This document shows positions 56,434 through 60,986 of a DNA stretch of 60,986 nucleotides, in pieces. Position numbers and translations under genes: made by a program. The notes below the pieces were generated by a model. That model had not been told where the DNA came from, did no database searches, and saw only the letters and a list, made by a program, of their open reading frames with translations. Each line of letters begins with the position of its first letter. The first letter of the stretch is position 1. Source of the DNA: a virus (taxonomy: Duplodnaviria; Caudoviricetes); IMG/VR virus record IMGVR_UViG_3300033182_001015, positions 1 through 60,986 of that record, one strand, 5' to 3'.

Positions 56434-57462
56434 ATGGCAACTGCACAACAATTTGATACTCTCGACGGATTAGTAGTCACAGGCGAACTCAATACTGGTA
56501 CTTTGATAACGACTGGAAATGTTGTTGTCGATACAAACGTCCTCTACGTAGACACAGTAAACAATCGTATTGGTATCAATAAAGTTCCTACCGTTGCATT
56601 CGATGTTAATGGTAATGTCAACATCGACGGCGGTACAATCGATGGTCTGTCACAATTAAGTGTTGATAATCTCACACTCAACGGTTCTACTATAACTAGT
56701 ACACAAAATTTATTTTTAACCGCATCTGGTTCTAGTGCTATTGTTGCAAACTCGGGATCAAACGGATTAATTTTACGAGATGCCAATGTAGAATATGGTA
56801 GATTTGTAGAATCTACTGGTAATCTAGTCATTAAGGCTGGCAATCCAGCGACTACCGCATTAACACTTCAATCAGATGGCGACGCAGTTTTCGCAGCTGA
56901 CGTTGCTATGTCGAACGGTACTAAGATCGACTTCGGTTCGGCTATGGACATTACCGCCTCGGCAACTGGTGCAACATTTAGCGCAAATACATATCACAGC
57001 GGTCATATTGTTCACAGCGCGGCTGATCCGGATACACATATTAAATTTAACAATGATCAATTTGTATTAACAGTTGGTAATAGCCAAGTATTAACAGCAA
57101 ATAGCTCGGCTGTTGATATTGGTATCATTTCTGCTACTCAAGTTGTATCAGAAACAGTTGTATACGAGACAGTACAAACAGAAGCTACATTAGGTATTGA
57201 TCTCAATGATGGATCAGCTGTGATATGTACGGCTACTGGCGGTGGTACAGTATCATTTACTATGCCTTCAGGTACGACACCATCGGCTTTTTCATGGACT
57301 GTAAAATTCAATAATTCTGGTACACTTACATGGCCAGCGGCTGTAAAATGGGCTGAAGGACAAGTTCCGCCACCATCAAGCGGTACAGATATATACGCAT
57401 TTACAACATACGATAAAGGTGTAAATATTTATGGTTCACTAGCGATGCGTGATGCATCGTAA
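56434..57462 (+). CDS. Tail fibre protein
   Basis: LYVD..NNRIGIN..P, TWPAAVKW..G..P...GTD...F.T.D.G motifs. Confidence 0.8.
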   Translation: MATAQQFDTLDGLVVTGELNTGTLITTGNVVVDTNVLYVDTVNNRIGINKVPTVAFDVNGNVNIDGGTIDGLSQLSVDNLTLNGSTITSTQNLFLTASGSSAIVANSGSNGLILRDANVEYGRFVESTGNLVIKAGNPATTALTLQSDGDAVFAADVAMSNGTKIDFGSAMDITASATGATFSANTYHSGHIVHSAADPDTHIKFNNDQFVLTVGNSQVLTANSSAVDIGIISATQVVSETVVYETVQTEATLGIDLNDGSAVICTATGGGTVSFTMPSGTTPSAFSWTVKFNNSGTLTWPAAVKWAEGQVPPPSSGTDIYAFTTYDKGVNIYGSLAMRDAS

Positions 57463-57471
57463 GAGGTAGCA

Positions 57472-59142
57472 ATGGCCGGCGCGGGTACAAAAGGATTTTT
57501 AGATAGAACTTGGGCAGAACCGTTTAATGAAACGCGGGATGTAGCTACTCGTAATACACCTATTGATCTACCATACGGAAAACAAATACTCGAAACTACA
57601 TTACGCGGTGGTCGAGGATTTGCACCTGTTATTAAAAATGCATATATCGTTGCACAAAATTATCCGTCGAGAGTTTACATTCAATCTGCTTATCAGATTG
57701 CTGAACCTGCATATAGTGTAACGACGAATTATCCGTCCCGAAATTATTTTCAAAATGCGTACAGTGTAACGACAAACTATCCTACGAGGCAAGTATCTCC
57801 TCAACCTGCGTATCAGGTACAGACAAATTATCCATCTCGGGGTTATTATCAAGGTGCTTATAGTGTAACAACTAATTATCCAACACGACTTCTACATGAT
57901 CAACCAAGCTATCATAATTCTGATAGTTATCCTTCACGATTTCAACAATCTCAACCAAGCTATGCGAACATACAATATTATCCATCGAGACAGGCTGGTT
58001 ATCAACCAGCGTATTCTGTTTCGACATATTATCCAAATCGTGTAACTTATACTGCATATCCGTCACGTTGGCAAAATAATAAGGAGCCAGCGTACGAAAT
58101 AATAGTATATTATCCAGCGAGAAGTAGTGTACAGCCAGGTTATGTTATTATCAACTACACTTATAATTTTTATACTGGCGGATATCTACCTGATGAAGGA
58201 ACTTCATATCCTTCACGGTTTATTACGGAGCCATCATATAGCAATGTTACATATTATCCTGCTCGCGGTGGCTATGTGGGTTCGTATGTTGTCGCTGCAA
58301 ATGAACCTCAATATACGGTTACGACAAATTACCCTACGCGTTCATTGATAGAACCAGCATACAGCAATATTACATATTATCCAACGCGAGCTTTGTATCA
58401 ACCGGCGTATACAATTTATACTGCTTATCCTTCACGTACTCTATATCAGCCATCATATAGTGTAACGACCAATTACCCTGCTCGTAGTTATTTCCAAAAT
58501 GCATATAGTAATGTAGCTTATTATCCATCTCGTAGCTATTTCCAAGCTGCCTATGAGTCGTCAACTTCTTATCCGACGCGTTTCCAACAAAATCAACCTG
58601 CGTATAGTGTAACGACCAATTACCCTGCTCGTAGTTATTTCCAAGATGTATATAATATCACAACATATTATCCAAGCAGATTTGTATATCAACCTGCCTA
58701 TAACAATGTTACATATTATCCATCACGTAATATCACTCAGCCCGCTTATAGTGTAACGACTAATTATCCATCGCGATATACTTACTATCCAGCGAGAAAT
58801 TATAGTCAGCCATCATACGCAATTTATTATTCATATCCTACACGTAACTACACTGGTTTAAATGCTGAAAATACAACATTATCTTTGACGGCAGCTGATG
58901 GTACAACATATACACAAACTGCACCAGCAAGAAATCAAAGTACAACAATTTATACTAATACGGCTGGGACATTCCAAAAAGCTCCGGCCGCTACACCGGT
59001 ATATGCTACATTGTATGCACCTGTTGTTAAACATCCCGCGGCAGCGGTCGCTGTTGGTTCTTATGTTGGTACTTCTCCAGCAAGCAACGTGCTATCTACC
59101 GATAAAGGCTTTATAAATATTAAGTACGACGGTAATCCATAA
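57472..59142 (+). CDS. Tyr/Pro-rich repeat protein (24x YP[S/T/A/N]R), probable fibre-tip/adhesin
   Basis: 16-17 aa unit QPAYSVTTNYPSRxxx; directly follows the fibre genes. Confidence 0.8.
   Translation: MAGAGTKGFLDRTWAEPFNETRDVATRNTPIDLPYGKQILETTLRGGRGFAPVIKNAYIVAQNYPSRVYIQSAYQIAEPAYSVTTNYPSRNYFQNAYSVTTNYPTRQVSPQPAYQVQTNYPSRGYYQGAYSVTTNYPTRLLHDQPSYHNSDSYPSRFQQSQPSYANIQYYPSRQAGYQPAYSVSTYYPNRVTYTAYPSRWQNNKEPAYEIIVYYPARSSVQPGYVIINYTYNFYTGGYLPDEGTSYPSRFITEPSYSNVTYYPARGGYVGSYVVAANEPQYTVTTNYPTRSLIEPAYSNITYYPTRALYQPAYTIYTAYPSRTLYQPSYSVTTNYPARSYFQNAYSNVAYYPSRSYFQAAYESSTSYPTRFQQNQPAYSVTTNYPARSYFQDVYNITTYYPSRFVYQPAYNNVTYYPSRNITQPAYSVTTNYPSRYTYYPARNYSQPSYAIYYSYPTRNYTGLNAENTTLSLTAADGTTYTQTAPARNQSTTIYTNTAGTFQKAPAATPVYATLYAPVVKHPAAAVAVGSYVGTSPASNVLSTDKGFINIKYDGNP
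57658..58845 (+). repeat. Coding tandem repeat of ~48-51 nt (tatagtgtaacgac.aatta.cc)
   Basis: Near-identical DNA copies, e.g. tatagtgtaacgaccaattaccctgctcgtagttatttccaa at ~58456 and ~58603. Confidence 0.85.
59112..59119 (+). promoter_or_regulatory. T4-type late promoter TATAAATA upstream of the oxygenase
   Basis: Exact consensus, 43 nt before ATG 59163. Confidence 0.55.
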
Positions 59143-59162
59143 CATTTTTAGGTGATTATATT

Positions 59163-59768
59163 ATGACTTATCCTTTACGCAATATGCTTTTGCCTCCTCA
59201 TATTTTGCCTCATTTCGGTCAAATGAAGGCTGTCTTCAACGATGAAGAAATCGAAAGAATTCAATTCTTTAAAAAAATCTTAGACTTTTCTCCTGCTGAA
59301 ACTCACTCGTTAAGCGATGATGAAAAACCATTAGAAAACTATCGTGTCTGCGAAGCAGCTACAATGACGATTGATCAAAATACAGAATGGTTATGGAATA
59401 AAATTTCTGATCTATCTGCTCAAGCAAACTATGATTTATTTTTGTATGAAATAGAATATCTCGAAACTTTGCAATATCTAATATATGAAGGCAATGGCAA
59501 AAGTAAATATGATTGGCACTCTGATAGAACCATTGCTGGATATCGAAAGTATGATAGAAAAATTTCTGGTATTTTAATGTTATCTGATCCTTCAGAATAT
59601 GAAGGCGGTAAGTTTTTGATCAACAGATTTAATGAATCTGAAGCTGTTGAATTAGAAAAAGGTGACGTACTATTTTTTGATTCAACATTTAGTCATTGTG
59701 TTGAGCCAGTTCTAAAAGGTCAAAGAGAAGTCATTGTATTTTGGGTCCATGGTCAAACAAAATTATGA
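59163..59768 (+). CDS. 2OG-Fe(II) oxygenase (prolyl-4-hydroxylase-like)
   Basis: YDWHSD (HxD), RKIS...LSDP.EYEGG, HCVEPV.KG.R..IV.W. Confidence 0.9.
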   Translation: MTYPLRNMLLPPHILPHFGQMKAVFNDEEIERIQFFKKILDFSPAETHSLSDDEKPLENYRVCEAATMTIDQNTEWLWNKISDLSAQANYDLFLYEIEYLETLQYLIYEGNGKSKYDWHSDRTIAGYRKYDRKISGILMLSDPSEYEGGKFLINRFNESEAVELEKGDVLFFDSTFSHCVEPVLKGQREVIVFWVHGQTKL

Positions 59769-60469
59769 TTTTTAAAGATGTGATTGAATTCGCTTGTCAT
59801 GAAAATTTATATGGTGCAATTCCTGAGCCAAAACCAGCAAATAAGTTTTTGCCAGAATGGTATAAAAAAATTAAACCGTATTGTGGCCGCGACCAACAAA
59901 AATTTCCTATTCGTACAGTAAAAAAATGTATGCCTGTTCTCGATGCTATGAGTTTAGGATATATTATACCCTTACCTGTCGATATACATTTTATCACGAA
60001 TCATGATTTAAGTTATATTAAGGGTACTGTTCGAACAGGCGAAGGACAATTTGGCACACCAGAAAGGCATGAATTTCGTCAAATAGAAAGTCAGAAATGG
60101 CCTATAAATAATCAAGATCCGATTAAGCTAATAAATCCGTGGTACATTAAAACAAAACCCGGATGGTCATGTTATATCACATCACCTGTAAATCATTTTG
60201 GTTGTCCTTTTACTATTATGTCTGGTGTTGTAGATACAGATAAATATCAATCGTTGATCCAGTTTCCTGCGATTTGGAATATACCGAATTTTGACGACAC
60301 ACTTTTTGCTGGTATGCCAATGGCTCAAGTAATACCATTTAAGCGTAGTAGACAAGATATGGTTTGTCGAGCGTTGACTGAAAAAGAAAGTAGAAATATA
60401 GAAAAAACAAATACTATGTTGGGCTCAAGAGCTGATTGTTATAAAAACAGTATTAGAGCAGAGAGATAA
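59765..60469 (+). CDS. DUF6065-like protein (dUTPase-like beta fold)
   Basis: P.PA.K.LPEWYK, TVKKCMP..DAM..GY, NPW.IKT.PGWS, SGVVDTD, G.P.AQVIPFKR; ATGA overlap with the oxygenase. Confidence 0.7.
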   Translation: MIFKDVIEFACHENLYGAIPEPKPANKFLPEWYKKIKPYCGRDQQKFPIRTVKKCMPVLDAMSLGYIIPLPVDIHFITNHDLSYIKGTVRTGEGQFGTPERHEFRQIESQKWPINNQDPIKLINPWYIKTKPGWSCYITSPVNHFGCPFTIMSGVVDTDKYQSLIQFPAIWNIPNFDDTLFAGMPMAQVIPFKRSRQDMVCRALTEKESRNIEKTNTMLGSRADCYKNSIRAER

Positions 60470-60477
60470 ATAACCTT

Positions 60478-60732
60478 ATGAAGATATGGGATAAAATCAA
60501 ACATAAGATAGATGTATGGCTGCACGATGAGTGGGAAGTCACTATCTATTTTCAGCACCAAACTTTGCAAAAAGATGGTAATATAGTAACTACAAACAAA
60601 CCAAAAACTTATGTATGTAAGAAACTTGTCAAAGTGACTGAGACACATTTTAAGTTGAGAACAACAGATGGTAGATTAGTGGAGATCAAGACAGTTTCGC
60701 CTGTGGGATTTGATGTCGTGCAAACCAAATAG
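60478..60732 (+). CDS. Hypothetical protein
   Basis: GATAAATA late-promoter-like element 5 nt upstream of the ATG. Confidence 0.7.
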   Translation: MKIWDKIKHKIDVWLHDEWEVTIYFQHQTLQKDGNIVTTNKPKTYVCKKLVKVTETHFKLRTTDGRLVEIKTVSPVGFDVVQTK

Positions 60733-60741
60733 GAGAAACAA

Positions 60742-60986
60742 ATGGCTGACGAAGAAAAGAAATTTCATCCAGCAGACACTAATGGTGATGGTAAAGTCAG
60801 TGAAGAAGAGCATGCGATGTATATGGAGTTTAAGAGAAAGGAACTAGAAGATGCAGACGCAATGCGAGATGCACAAAGAAATATGGCGTGGTTCTCTCTT
60901 GCTGGTATGCTTCTGTATCCCGCCATGGTTGTTATTACTGATCTTGCTGGGTTAGAAAAAGCATCGAACATTTTAGGTGATATGGC
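60742..60986 (+). CDS. Membrane protein with EF-hand-like loop, 3'-truncated by window edge
   Basis: AGGAG RBS; MADEEKKFHPADTNGDGKVSEEE...AWFSLAGMLLYPAMVV. Confidence 0.7.
   Translation, partial: MADEEKKFHPADTNGDGKVSEEEHAMYMEFKRKELEDADAMRDAQRNMAWFSLAGMLLYPAMVVITDLAGLEKASNILGDM

Noticed and set aside
57472-59142. Diversity-generating retroelement target
   Set aside because: No reverse transcriptase in the window and no adenine-specific template/variable repeat pair; the repeats are internal coding duplications
1-60986. tRNA, rRNA, integrase or photosynthesis auxiliary genes
   Set aside because: None recognised by eye; tRNAscan-SE would be needed to exclude atypical tRNAs

Overview
This window is a 61-kb piece of a large T4-like myovirus genome (Tevenvirinae/Kyanoviridae-type gene set). 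The AT-rich sequence and auxiliary genes suggest an aquatic or marine phage of a heterotrophic bacterium; no photosynthesis genes are seen. Layout: (1) 1-15.8 kb, + strand: small head-associated and hypothetical genes, primase gp61, an SNase-like nuclease, nrdA/nrdB, dCMP deaminase, a GIY-YIG nuclease, glutaredoxin, a glycosyltransferase, RNase H, PhoH, an exonuclease and a 2OG-Fe(II) oxygenase. (2) 15.8-19.6 kb, - strand: a tightly coupled 8-gene cassette of exported and membrane proteins under a late promoter, including a pilin-like and a chaperone-like gene. (3) 19.6-23 kb: a divergent regulatory/early region with hairpins, a 59-bp direct repeat carrying four IHF-consensus sites, TGTACA-type sigma70-like promoters, small early genes and a DUF932 gene with a structured leader. 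(4) gp33-gp59-gp32. (5) 25-57 kb: tail and baseplate genes (probable tape measure, gp2, gp54, gp26/gp51 with a likely -1 frameshift, gp4, gp48, gp53, gp27-like, gp5, gp25, gp6, gp7, gp8, a split DUF4815/VrlC-like protein, fibres). (6) A 24x YPxR-repeat protein followed by a 2OG-Fe(II) oxygenase and a DUF6065-like gene. No tRNA, rRNA, CRISPR array or integrase was recognised. The best candidates for undescribed systems are the pilin/chaperone-like envelope cassette and the Tyr/Pro-repeat protein plus hydroxylase module. All family assignments come from motif recognition by eye, not from database searches.
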